DNA of 63,403 nt from Octopus bimaculoides (lineage: Eukaryota), in NCBI RefSeq assembly GCF_001194135.2, contig NC_068984.1, positions 62,599,842 to 62,663,244 of the forward strand, in the 5' to 3' direction. The notes under the pieces are model-generated. The model worked only from the letters and a program-made list of their open reading frames with translations. It made no database searches and was not told where the DNA came from. Both the position numbers and the translations under genes were made by a program. Below are positions 38,831-52,134 of the stretch, piece by piece (position 1 is the stretch's first letter; every line of letters begins with the position of its first letter).

Positions 38831-39165
38831 TTAAAGTCTGCTACTTATTTCTAGGCTTCCTTGATTACATTCTAAATAAACACCAAATTTAAATATGGGC
38901 TGAGTAACAAGCATATTGCAGCCATAAACCTTGGATGAAATCACTACAAATCTGATATAATTTACGTATGTTGCATACGATCAAATCATATGTGTGTGTG
39001 TGTGCGTGCGTGCGCGCGTATATATATCATAGGCATACAGGATTAAATGTGTGGCAAGAAGCTGACTTCCCAACCACATGATTCCGGGTTCAATCCCACT
39101 GTCTATTGTAGACTGAAACAAATAAAAGAATGAAAGAATGTATGCATATACATATACATATGTAT

Positions 39166-39211
<46 letters not shown>

Positions 39212-39321
39212 GTATATATGTATATATTTACACCTACACATGCATACTTACGTGTGTATATATATGTATGTAAGTGCAGGTGAGATTGTGTGGGATAGGA
39301 ACAGACGTGAGGTTATGGCGT

Positions 39322-39680
39322 AAGCGTAGGCATAGCTGTGTGGTAAGAGGCTTGCTTCCCAAAGCCATGGTTGCGGGTTCGGTCCCACTGCGTTAGACTT
39401 TGGGCAGATGTCTTCTACTGTAGATTCGAGCCGACCAAATCCTTGTGAGTGGATTTCGAAGACGGAAAATGAAAGAGGCCTGTCGTATGTATGTGTGTAT
39501 GTGTGTTTGCATGCGTGCGTGTGTGTGTTTTGCTTATGTTTGTCTCACCAACGCTTGAAAACCGCTGTTCGTGTGTTTACATCCCTCTAACGGGAAAGAG
39601 ATTGATAGAATCAGTACTTGGCCTAAAACGTCTGCATGCGGTGTCCCAGCATGGCCGCACTCCAATGAATGGCATATATA
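39322..39680 (+). mobile_element. SINE family A, full length (short head fragment also at 39048-39120)
   Basis: GCATAGCTGTGTGGTAAGAGGCTTGCTTCCC...GGGTTCGGTCCCACTGCG...CCAGCATGGCCGCA. Confidence 0.85.
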
Positions 39681-39894
39681 AAAGAAGAAAAAATAGAAAA
39701 CATCCATCCATCCATCCATACATACATACATATATACATAGTGGTAAAGTGTTAGTCAGTGATCCTTGTCATGTGTTCGGACAATCAGTGCGTTAACTAT
39801 CCACTCCAGCACAACCTGCTTAATCAGGAGAGTGGTTTTCACACACATGCGTACATATATACACTGGATTCAGTATTTCCTGGAGAAAATAACA

Positions 39895-40950
39895 CAATAT
39901 GTCATTAGTGGAATCCACTGAAGCCCAGCAAACGTCATCAGCAGTGTCCCTCCAGGGACTGTCTTGGGCCGCTTCTGTATGTAGTCTATATAAACGACCT
40001 TTCCAAAAAAGACAGCAAAGTGAAAATATTCGCTGATGAATCCAAGCTCCAAAGAAGACTGAACTGAACTGCAGTCTGATCTACATGCTGTATGCAAATG
40101 GGCAGACAAAAAACAAAATGCAACTAAACGAGAGAATGTTTGAACTGAAATATTTTGGAAGAAAAACTATGCTAAAACATCCATAACCTCTTCCTTCGCG
40201 AGAACCACTCACAGCATCTAATGATACCAGAGACCTAGGTGTAATCGTTGACAACAATCTCAGCTGGAGTGCCTACCTCAACAATAAGGTTGATATTGCT
40301 CGTAGGACGAGCTCCTGGATCCAAAGAACCTTCCAATCTAGAGAACAAGATGTCATAATTTCTGTTTTCTCCTTTGCTGCCCACTGTGGTCTGCCCATAC
40401 AAAACAAAACATTTTGAAAATTGAATCATCCCAGAGGACATTCACTAAAAGAATTAAGGGTATGACTGATCTCGATTATTGGGATCGTCTTAAATCATTG
40501 ACACTCTATTTCCCCCCAGCGCCGCTGTGAGCGATATAAATCATTTGAACGATGCTGAGAATATGCCACCGCATGGCCCAAATGACCTCAACATTAATTT
40601 TAGAATTCATGCACGGATAGAATCACTGGCTATAGTTCCCTACCCCAATTCAGGATCACAACACATAACTACACTACAACACAATTTCTTTTCCTCAACA
40701 GGCCTTGCACTATTTAACATTGTCCCAAAACAGATCAAGATGAAAAGGATCCCGTCACCTTTAAAAGGAATCTGGACAAATTTCATCAAAGAATGGCAGA
40801 TAAGCCACCTATACCTGGATACAAGTCACTCAACAAGAACTCTCTAGTCGAATGGGCAGTGATATCACAAAAATTTGAATTTAAAAGAATTTAGCTAATC
40901 CTACCAGGTGGTGCTATTAAATTATACATGGCCTGGGCCAAGTTTTGGTG
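39895..40950 (+). mobile_element. CR1-clade LINE, RT domain 3' half and 3' end
   Basis: VPPGTV(L)GPLLYVVYINDL...KIFADESKL...RDLGVIVDNNLSW...QRTFTKRIKGMTDLDYWDRLKSL, with frameshifts. Confidence 0.9.
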
Positions 40951-41197
40951 GAAACAAATGCAAGTTATATATATGAGAAATAATTGAGATTCAGTTGAAT
41001 TAGGTTCTTAAGTTGAAGCACCTAGTCAGTCCGGTATTATCTGCACAGTTCGAAGTAGGGTGAATAAAATCAAAATAAGCAACAGGATATTAAGAAGTGA
41101 TGCAGTATGACCGTTTCAAGCGGCTCCATTTAATTGAACATTGCAATCATTACATCAATTTAAATACAGGGCTGTCATCAGCTGATATATATATATA

Positions 41198-41744
41198 CAG
41201 AGTTATTCAAACAGAATGAACCGATTTCATTACGCAATAGTTTAATAAGGAAAAGCAATAGAAACCACCAGCTAAATCACAAGTATTTACTCACAATCAA
41301 CTTTTATTTACTGTCTTACGAGTGTTGAATGTGGCTGCCACCTGCAAAATTGGCAACATTAATACGGTAAGAGAATTCCTCCCAAACGCTCTTTGTGCTT
41401 GGCTTGTAAGATCCCCAGACCCCACCGCGTGTGATTTTTTCTTGTTGGGATATGTAAAAGATCGCGTTCGTATTCTACCACTACCCACTAACCTCCATGA
41501 CTTTAAACATCGAATATCAACAGCGATCAACTCAGTGGTTTGTGATATGCTGATACACATCTGGCAGGAATTCTCTTATCGCAGTGATGTTGCCCATGCT
41601 GTAGGTGGAGGCCACATTGAACACTTGTATGACAGGAAATGTTGATTATGAGTAAATAGTTGTGACTTAGCTGAAGTTTTGCATTGCTTTTCCTTATTAA
41701 AATATTGCGTACCGAAATCAGTTCATTCTTTTCGAATAACCCCC
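41198..41744 (+). mobile_element. Non-autonomous rosa-like Tc1/mariner element with ~165-bp TIRs
   Basis: TA|CAGAGTTATTCAAACAGAATGAACCGATTTC... inverted at the right end; internal RSPDPTACDFFLLGYVKDRV...GGGHIEHL transposase C-terminus. Confidence 0.85.
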
Positions 41745-41745
41745 C

Positions 41746-41800
<55 letters not shown>

Positions 41801-42241
41801 TTATCTATGTATGGGTATGTGTTTGAATATTCCTTTTGTTTCCAAAATAGGGATACTTCCAATTACAACGACATTTCCAACAATTGCATTTCAAGTATAA
41901 AATATATTAATATAGCCTCATATACACCCATTCAAAAGTTGTCATTATTACATATCTAATTAAATTTTCTGTTAAACGAATTTTAACTCACAGTTACCAC
42001 TAAATATCTACTGACGTATTCATCTATGATTTTCATATATTAACTTTTTGAGCATTTGGAATAGTTTAATTTAAAGAACAGATTAACGCATTATTCCTTT
42101 GATTTATGATATATATATATATATATGTCATGTACCCAGTTATGTATCTATATGTACATGTAGATGAACGTATATACATACATGTACATATATATGCATA
42201 TACTCATATATTGTTTATATATATATATATATATATATATT

Positions 42242-42312
<71 letters not shown>

Positions 42313-42380
42313 TGTGTGTATAAAGAAAGAAAATGATAAAGAGACCAATGGCAAATTTAGAATTATATTTTATGTATAAA

Positions 42381-42429
42381 GTCTTACAGCTGTTTCAGGG
42401 AAAATCCAATGTATCCCTTCATCGGAGAC
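42381..42429 (-). ncRNA. Hammerhead ribozyme motif (U4C variant) at the end of a probable Penelope-type fragment (~42370-42730)
   Basis: GUCU-CCGAUGA-AGGGA[UACAUUGGAUUU]UCCCU-GAAAC[AGCU]GUA-AGAC: stems I, II and III all pair. Confidence 0.6.
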
Positions 42430-43006
42430 AGTGATAGTAGAAGAATTGATTATTACATCTATAAGAGGAGATTTGTAGTAAGAAGTGAGAGTGATGCGTA
42501 GAAGAAAGAACAAAGAAGAATAACCGAAGAACACAGCCGGGACGTGGCTGAGGACTGTCGAGGCTATGTATGAAATGGGAGAATGGCCAGCCAAATTTGC
42601 CGTTGTGGGCATTAGGGGACAGAGTTAGGTTAAGAATATAGTTTGTGAAAGGGAGTAATATGATATTTAAGGTCAGCGATCCGGATGAGTTAGGAGTCTG
42701 TTAGTCTGGTTCTTTGGTAGGCTAGATGTGGTGTGTATTAAATTCGATTCATACGGTTTCAATTTTTACGTCCTAATTTCTCCATGATATAACTAATTGA
42801 CATGACTCATCATGGAATTTTACCTTATCAGTGTCTTCTTCTTTCTTGTAACTTATATATTTTGCAGTCTTTGCTTCACTTTTACACGCTCCAAAGAAAG
42901 CTTTCAAAAATACTGCTCGAAGCAGACTGGCTGACACTGTCATTTGCATTGTACACATGTTTACTACTCCACACCAAGGAACACATCTATATTGACATAT
43001 TTAATT

Positions 43007-43038
<32 letters not shown>

Positions 43039-44362
43039 ACAAATTCACAAGCACGTATGCACACAAACACATAAACACACGCGCGCGCATACACGCACAC
43101 GAACACAAGCATATACACAGTCATGCACTCGTTTTCATTCAATGACTTTATTAATTAGATATTCATATGATACTCACAAACTTCTTAAACAACACCACCA
43201 AATTTACATGAATGCATACATCTACACTGATATACACCCACCTACACAGATGCCTGCCTTTTTGTCTCCTCCTTTATACCAGCTTTCTGACGCACAAACA
43301 CTTTAAATACTTGCATTCACACACTGAATAACCACTGACTGATATTCTCACTCTGAGCTATGTTCTCACATATGTCATATTTCAATATTCAGTACTTTAC
43401 ATTCTTTGTTTTTTTAATTATAATTTTTTTCTTTCTTTAATCAATTCCTACCCTGTTTCTTCTGGTATTTTTCTGTTTCTGCTTTCAGGAATACCAACGT
43501 CGGGGAAACTTTTGCGGCGCTATTCCCTTTAAAAAATCTTTTATCACGTTAAGTTTATATAGAATTAACAGTACCTCGACCTTTGTATTTTAAGCTCCTT
43601 TTCACTAGATACTCACACATGTATATGTATAAATGAATTCGTTCATTATATATATGCGCGCGCACATGTGCGTGTGTATGAATGTGTGCCATATAAAATT
43701 GAATGCGGACGTATGAGCTGGTATAAATTTATTTTGCGTATCCATATTTCTTTTCTCAAGAATACGGAAATACTGAAATACTGAAATACAGAAATGATTC
43801 AATTCTTTCCCAATTTGTATGTTAAACAGAAATAAAATATACATATGTACTTTCATAAATGATATACATACATGTCACTCCGTTTAAAATTCAAATATCA
43901 TTTAATTTATAAGTTTCATTTGCAATCTATAGAAGACTTGTATTATTTCTGAAGTTCTCTATTTGCAGGTGAAAGATGCACATAATAAATTAATAGTACG
44001 ACACAAACATCATTTAATGTTAAGTATATTGAATATTTAATTATATAATCTGTCATTTTTAAGTGCCTGATCGTATATAACCATATGTTTGCATATGCTT
44101 AAGTACATTAATCTTCGGTGAACTCTCTAATGTATATTAGATACAGCTATAACTTTATTGAGTACTACTTGCTAGTTTTGTTTTCATGTATATTATGTAT
44201 GTGTATGTGTTTTGTGCATGTTGTTGTGTGTGTGTGCGTTTTTATTAATCCACATTTTTTAAATAGGCAATAATATTACACATCTCACACACACAAACAC
44301 GTACACACATTCACACACAGAGGCACACATGTATACAAGTATTTTATTAGGAAATATTGCAT

Positions 44363-44398
<36 letters not shown>

Positions 44399-45167
44399 AT
44401 AGATATAAATTAATAAGAAATCAACGTTGGAGATTTATATTTACATTTATTTATATACTCCATATGCTTCTTAATCTATAGCATAAAGCAAACCACATAG
44501 AATGCAAACTGTGTTTCAAATGGATTTGAAGCTAATTGAAAATGGTGACGTCTTGCTCCTAAGATGAAACGTAATATATAGCAACGCAATACAGCTGATG
44601 TATAAAAATGTCATACTGGCAATCGCAAAGTCGTCTCTGAATTCGCTTTTTCAACTAGAAATAACAAATGTTTCCTAAACGAGTACATCTTATCTTATCA
44701 CTAATTTAAGGATAATTCAATATTCTAAGCCTCCATCCTTCTTTCTCAGTCCTTCGTCAATATCTCACTTCACCTTTTATTATCGTCTGCTTAAAGTTTC
44801 GTAAATTTCCCTCAGTTCCATCCTCTTTCAATACAACTTCTCTGCGTGATCATTATTGATCTGGTTCTAGCGTTAAAAGTTGCTTCAATGATCTGCTACT
44901 AACATTAAAAGTTGCTTAAATGACACACCTGCTTATATAACGTTGGAAATTCTACATAGGACAATATAGTTCGTGATACAACTAAAAGGATTTCAATGTT
45001 TTTCATATAGTTTCTTTTATCTAAGCTGGCTAGTAGTTAAAAATGCATCTTCGTAAGGTATCTTAATAGAGATGCTAGTATTACTTTCAGTTAGAGAATA
45101 TTTTTATCATAATTAAACCAACTGTTTTTGTACATTCACAGACGTAGTTAATTATGTGAAAGATATA

Positions 45168-45208
45168 CGGAAGCTGGAAGAATTTCGGAAGCTGGAAGAA
45201 TTTCGGAA
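45168..45208 (+). repeat. 18-bp tandem duplication
   Basis: CGGAAGCTGGAAGAATTT twice, then CGGAA. Confidence 0.9.
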
Positions 45209-46846
45209 TTTAAAAGATACGGAATTTTCTTACTGAATTTCAAAATACTCATTGTAGTATATTTCGTTTTGTTTTGAATTCCTCACAAATCAAAGAACAA
45301 TGTTTTTATTTATTGTAAAACATGTACATTACATGTGTCAATGTAAAATGAGCAAACAAATAGTTTTTCAATTATATTGGTATAATTAATTTTCATAAGG
45401 CTTGTGTTCACAAATATTTGCATGTTTTCTAATTTATTTCTGTATCCACAATCAACATTAGCCACTTGCTGTATTGGCTTTTAGAACGATTCTGTCATCC
45501 TATTCAATAGTTCCTTCTATCGAAAATTATGTAATGCACCGTAATTTCTGCTTATGAGGAGAGGATGATTAAAAAAGTAACAAATAAAATGGTATTCAAC
45601 ATTTGAAATTTAATCGATATAATAGCCATTAGTAGCCAAAGTATTTCCTTACGATTCAATATCATGGTAAAATTATAAAATGAAAATCTTTGGAATTTTA
45701 AAAATTCAATGTTCTAGGAATTTAGCATTTTATTAATGGCTTTGTTATTATCAGTTCAATTGAATAATCTAAATATAACAAATACTTTTAGTTATTCAAG
45801 CATTCTGTTATTATATATTGGAAACACAAATTATAAGATGCTATGTTCATGACAATTAATAGATAATATGTACAAAGGAAACTATATAAACAGAAGGCAA
45901 TATGATTCGAGATATATTCACACAACGTATCAAAACATCCTTATTCATTTCATGAAGGTTATTCTGAAATCAGAAATGCAAGATTGAACGTTAAATAGGT
46001 GGAGGATGCTTTCTTTGTGCTGTTATCAAATATTAAAGAGAAACTTAATTTCAAACAACTGGAACATGCGCAAAACATTTGATTTTGAATGGATTAATGT
46101 TATTCTGTTAATTTTTATATTGTTTTAGAAGCTGCTAAGTTCTATTTCATCAAATGATTAAATGAGTTATATTCAACGTACATTTCTTTAAAGCTAAGCA
46201 AACCGCGCTCATTTAAGTTATATTCCTCCTGCGTGTACATATGTCTGAAACGATATGCATCGCAGTCAAGGTTATAAGAAAAATAGACATAAGTAATTTA
46301 TATAATAGAGGTAGAATACGTATAGCATGAGAGGACCCTTTTTCCAGCTGTAGCTCGTTTAAATGAACGGCTTATAATGTAATCGGTTTGGTTATTTGTA
46401 CACTTTCACCAGAGAGCATTGCATTCGTTGTTTTCATATCCGAAAAGAAGCTGATATATGTATGTGAATATGTGTGCATGTACACACATACATTCATACG
46501 AAGACACATACACGCACATACACATATATATGTTATTGGAGTCTCCTGTAGTGATATATGAGTGTCTAACATCCAATATTATAGCCGTTATACCACACAC
46601 ACACGCACACACGTTTTGTATTCAGAAGTAATGAAGGCCCGTGTAACACTAACCACATTTTTTGAAAAGCTGATATCAGAAAATTGGTACGTATGTTCGC
46701 CATAAACTCAATAAACAAAATACACGAGTCCAATTCTATCTGAACTCCCTTCACTCTGAGTTAGTTGTCTCCACCACGCGCTTAGACTCCAACCCACCTT
46801 TGCAAACTAAATGTGTGTCTTGGCATCAGACGAGAATATTATAAGT

Positions 46847-46913
<67 letters not shown>

Positions 46914-47580
46914 TGTATGTATGTATGTATGTACGTACACACACACGCACGCACACACACACACACACGCATATATATATATATATACATACATAGAAAT
47001 AAGTTGAAAGGTGTATGTAATGGAGGCGGTTGCCGTATTTCCTCTTAAATCGGTTTCATATGCCGACTGACTTCAAAGATCCTTTACTAATACCCGAGTT
47101 AACAATAAGTTGCTAGATTCTGGTAATTATTCTCGCTTCGTAAATCCGTGTCCCATTCGGGAGGGCATAGTTTCCATAGCGTAAGTAATAGTAGTATTAA
47201 TAAGGAAAACAGATATTTGCCACATCTAAAAAAGAAAAAAATGGAGAAATAACTGTGAATAACTGTTTAATGAAATTATAGATGTAGAAAATCTCCGTTA
47301 ATTGTTATTTCTAAATCTCTGAACGAGAAACATTCAGTAACAATACCTTAAAATCAAGATTGTTTGCTAACATAATGTGGCATTCCAGATTAGGACGAAT
47401 GTCACTGTTATTTAGCCCCTGGAAACATCGTCTCCAGCCGGCTATCGATGCACTACCTGCGTCGTCATATTTTTGAATAAGGGAGCTTAGTGTCCTCACT
47501 CAGCCTAAAGCAATATCTGTGCACCAATGTCTTCTAGGTTACTTCCTTTCATCAGCGCAGAATAACCGCTCGGCTCCAGT

Positions 47581-47705
47581 TATTTCTTGTATATACTTCT
47601 TGTTATATATTTATATATCTTGCATATATTTCTTGTTATATATTTATATATCTTGTATATATTTCTTGTTATATATTTATATATGTCTTATATATATTTC
47701 TTGTT
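47581..47705. repeat. 33-bp AT-rich minisatellite, about 3.5 copies
   Basis: Unit TCTTGTATATATTTCTTGTTATATATTTATATA. Confidence 0.9.
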
Positions 47706-47976
47706 CGAAATATATACTTTTCAAAGTGACCCACAGTTACTGATCTCATAAATAGAAGAATTACTGTTTCCAAATTTTCTGAACGAGAAACATTTAGTAA
47801 CAGTACTCGAAAATAATGATTATTTTTCAACATAATGTAGCAGTCCGGATTAGGGCGAATGTTAATTTCGTTTAGCACCAGAAAACATCGTCTCTAGGTA
47901 GCTATCGACGCATTATCTGCGTCCTTATATTTTTTAACAAGGAAGCTTTGTGTCCCCACTCAGCACAAAGCAATAT

Positions 47977-48019
47977 CTATGTACGATGGTTTCTGGGTTA
48001 CTTCTCTTCATCAGCATAC
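47977..48019 (-). ncRNA. Partly degenerate hammerhead motif at the pLTR start
   Basis: UAUG-CUGAUGA-AGAGAAGUAACCCA-GAAAC[CAUC]GUA-CAUA: core, stem I and stem III intact; stem II poorly paired. Confidence 0.5.
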
Positions 48020-49409
48020 TCATTGGATGTTCTTAAGATTTTAAATGATAGTTTTTCGAGAGGGCATATGGAACATCTTTTTGATCCTTGAATATAAGCG
48101 TTGGTCGTGGTATTTTCCATTTTATGTCTTAGTTGACGGTTTGATCTTTAAGTTTCCAGAATAATGCCAAGGGAGTTGTCGCATGTCTATTTTCACTGTG
48201 TCTGAAGGTCAAAAGATGGTTATTCTAGCTGGATTTAAATATTAATTCCACTGGTCCAAAATAATGCTTGGCTCCTGTCTCGCCATTGCCATAGTTTGCA
48301 GATATCTGTCCTTTATAAGAAACAGGATATCTCGCATGCCTACCCTGAGTAGAATTAGATGTGCATCCAGGATAGGATGTTGTCATCGGTTGTATATCGA
48401 TATGGGCCTTTATATTAGGAGGCGGGCAGTCGTGTGGCTATTAAAAATGTTTCTATACCTTTTGTTGGACAGTGGATATCTGATAAGTGTAAGAATCTCT
48501 ACCTATATTTGCCATAACATTTAGGAAAAAAGGGTGAGATGAACCATAAGAAGGTTCAGGTTCTATATTTACGACAGGATGACTGAGTATGAGGAGGGTT
48601 ATAAAAAGTTTTATCAGCGAAGCCGTTATCTTGTAAAGCCTTACTATTATATGGCAGAGCCTTTTCAAATATTTCTCTTTCTGAAGAAATACATACTATG
48701 GTATATTTCTCTTGACGAAGAAAGGCATACTATGAATTAAATTCTTAAATACAATGAGTGGGTGGTAGGAATGTTTATTAATATATTTTAGATTTTTGTT
48801 GGGATTGTGAAAGTGCTTAGGGGAAATGGTTTTGAGATCTAAGAAAACATGTAAAAAGTTAGTTCTAGTCAGGTTACTGTCAATAGAATTTCAAAGATCT
48901 TAATGATCTAAAGGATGAAATAAAATATTTTCTAAATAAATCTGAAGTGTACCCATCACAATTGTGCGACACAACCACAACATTGTCCTGCTATATACTG
49001 AGGCTCTGATTGGGGAATTCCGAATTCAGAAAGGTTAATATTTATAAACAAATTAAATCACATATATCTGCACTACCATATGAACAAACTGGAACATCGA
49101 ATAGCACAAGTGGGTTAATTTGGGGCTCTAAATATAGCCTCCGCTAAATAACAGTGTATTGCACACGTACATAACATGCTTTAATTTATGCTTATCGATG
49201 GTTACAAACCAACGCACACACTTCAATGCATCTTGTAAAATGGATTTAGATATCAACAAGTAGAAATATAAATTATCAAAATGTGATTCTCGCTTAATTT
49301 TTTATTGTGGATGAATCTAAACCCGGATATCTCCGAGTTGCTGTTAGTCCATACCAATAGGTTCGAAGATTGCTCCTTAAAGCTGCGATCTGGCTGAATC
49401 GTTATCACG

Positions 49410-49600
49410 ACGGGCGAAATGCTTAGCGGCATTTCGTCTCTGTTTACGTTGTTCATTCAAGTTCCACCGAGGTTGACTTTATATTTAATCTTTTCAGGGT
49501 CAATAAAATATGTACTATTCGAGTACTAAGGTCGATGTAACTGAATAGATCCCTAACCCAAAATTTCAAGCCTTTTTTACCACTGCAGAAAGGATTATTA
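49410..49600 (+). mobile_element. SINE family B
   Basis: GAATCGTTATCACGACGGGCGAAATGCTTAGCGGCATTTCG...TTCAAGTTCCACCGAGGTTGACTTT. Confidence 0.8.
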
Positions 49601-49794
49601 ATGTTCTTTAAATTTGTCTTGCTCGCTAAACTTAGTTCAGCCGTAGCCGGGTTTATTAGTCCTGCATCTTGGTCTATTGTAAATAACAGGTTTACGATCT
49701 TTGGGTGAAAAGAAAACATCACTCTTAGCTAAATACGCAAAACCTATAGCACCACCCTTTGAAAATCATCAGTGAATTTCGATCCTTCACCGCC

Positions 49795-49965
49795 ATAGAC
49801 GTTGGAAGAAGAGCCATCTATTCTGGCCAAAGAAATTGAAAATGCCATCAAACTTACGAAACTAGACTTTGCACCTACGGTAGACGGCTTCACAACAGAA
49901 ATGTTAAGATGCGGAAGGGAAGAGTAGTGGAAATTCTTGGTTCTACTCTTCAATCGTTATCTGAA
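49795..49965 (+). mobile_element. RTE-clade LINE fragment (RT N-terminus)
   Basis: EEEPSILAKEIENAIKLTKLDFAPTVDGFTTEMLRCGREE*...LFNRYL resembles the EV..AI...K..KAPG.D.I..E motif. Confidence 0.7.
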
Positions 49966-51687
49966 GTAGAATAAAAGGCCCTCACTGTGCAAAGAGTCAA
50001 TACCATTTTGGAAAGGGTAATAGAGAAAGTAAAGGGAGGTAAAAGGGGAGGGAAAATGATGAGAATGAATGGAAGGCCAAGAAATGTGAGAGAGTGGATG
50101 CGAGAAAATAGGAAAGAAAGAAGAAAGTATGAGGGGTAAAAGAAAGAGTAAAAGAGTCGTACAGAATTTAGATAATATACTTACATACAAAAGGACCATA
50201 GTGTATGTACACCATGTTATTTATATATGAAAAATGGAAGAAGGACAGAACAGTTGACAATAAAACATTCGGACAGACGATTGAAAGAAGGACAGGAGAA
50301 AACAAGCACTGGTCATTCAGAGCTTTCTACCGTCAGTCAAATTCTAGATCATCTCTGCAGTTTCGGCCGGTTACCCTCGAGACTGATCCAGTCTGGCCGG
50401 ACCCCAAAAAATATAAGCGCTTGATGGCATTTTTTGGGCAGCTGCTAATCCCATGTGCTATATTTTCCAAAGACATATGCCGTTTTCCACCGGTGTAGCA
50501 TTCCAAGAGCTATGTGATCTGGCGTTTACGAGATCAGAGAGACATAGCTTCATATTACTGTCTGCATGTCTTCGGGAAACATACCCATACCAGGCTCTTT
50601 TGGCATGCTGAGCATTATACATCCAGGATTTCTTTGAGCTTGTTAATCTGGCTGTTTGTGGTTCTAAAGGTGGTCATCAGAAAGATAACGATTCCTGAAC
50701 ATCTCGCTGCTGATATGTAGGATATTGTTCTCTTCACTCTTCAGCTCTAAATTAAAGTATTAATTTTTGCTGCCGTTGTTTTTGCTCCAGTATTCTTGAT
50801 ATTAGCCAGTATGTGTACGTATTCAATAACAGGGGAGATCTCTATATTTATTACAGGACAAACTTTTTCCCGAATGACAATGTATGTGCCCGGTTATATA
50901 TGTATTATAAGTGTAGGAAAACAATTCAAAGAGAGATTAAAAAAAAAAAAACTTGTAAAACAGGGTATGGAAGCTTAGTATTGCAAACAAAAGCGTCATA
51001 GGAACTTCAGAATCGCAAACATTAGTGAAATTGTGATTAAGTTCTATGATTTAGTCATTTCGCCTTGCCAAAAATTAAAGGATATCTTCCATATCCAAAT
51101 TTGGAGAGATTCCAAATATATTTTCTGATACCGTTTGCTATAACTTTGATCAGTAGATGTACTGATGTTGAATCTTATTTTTTAATCATTATTTACAATT
51201 TTAAATTTTAGTATGTTTATATGCATACACACATATATAGTCACACGCGCACACACACACACGCACACACATAAGCATACATGAACACCGAAACACATAC
51301 ACGCACCTATATCTATGTGTATGTATATTTGTGGGCAGGTAAGTTTGTATGTATAGTTTCTTTGCTGTTTAGCAAAGTATATTTGAAATAAAAGCCAATT
51401 TTCATTCTATGTCCATTGCGGTTAATATTTTAATATAGAAATGATTCATACGAACATATATCATAAAAACCGATGTATACATCTTATACTGCTGCCGTCC
51501 AGCGACATTTTTTTTTCTTACAAGACAAACTTCAAATAGCATATGTACGGTAATATACGTTAATGCGTGCATGTGTGTATATTATTTTGTATGTGCTTTC
51601 ATAGTGCTGCATCTGTCCGGAAGTGCGAGGGTGTGTATGTATATTAGATACACACATATACATAAATAAGCATATACATAAATAAGC

Positions 51688-51762
<75 letters not shown>

Positions 51763-52004
51763 AATGATGCATAATATCTATAAAGCAAAATCACTTTGCC
51801 ATCTCAATTAAGGATATCGTGTTATTTGAAATATCTTTCCTGCAAGTTATTTTGATATTAACTTTAATTGACACAACATGAAAAATATTGCAATTCGTCT
51901 TGTAATTATTGGTTTCCTTTTAACATTAAAATTGCTGTAGGGCATATAATTCCTCTTTTGATTCATATGTATATACAGATACGTATACATACACATAAAT
52001 ATAC

Positions 52005-52039
<35 letters not shown>

Positions 52040-52080
52040 TGTATGTATGTATGTATGCATCTATATATGTATGTATTATG

Positions 52081-52134
<54 letters not shown>

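Larger units (their letters stand above)
47290..48910 (-). mobile_element. Penelope-like element: RT C-terminus and GIY-YIG region followed by two tandem pLTR-like repeats
   Basis: Minus strand NFLHVFLDLKT...NPNKNLKYINKHSYHP...FEKALPYNSKALQDNGF...FLWF...KWKI matches the Penelope ORF; ~250-bp repeats at 47290-47558 and 47765-48016. Confidence 0.8.

Noticed and set aside
43455-43560. Strong acceptor followed by a CpG-containing stretch
   Set aside because: All frames close within about 35 codons, no good donor, no recognisable peptide.
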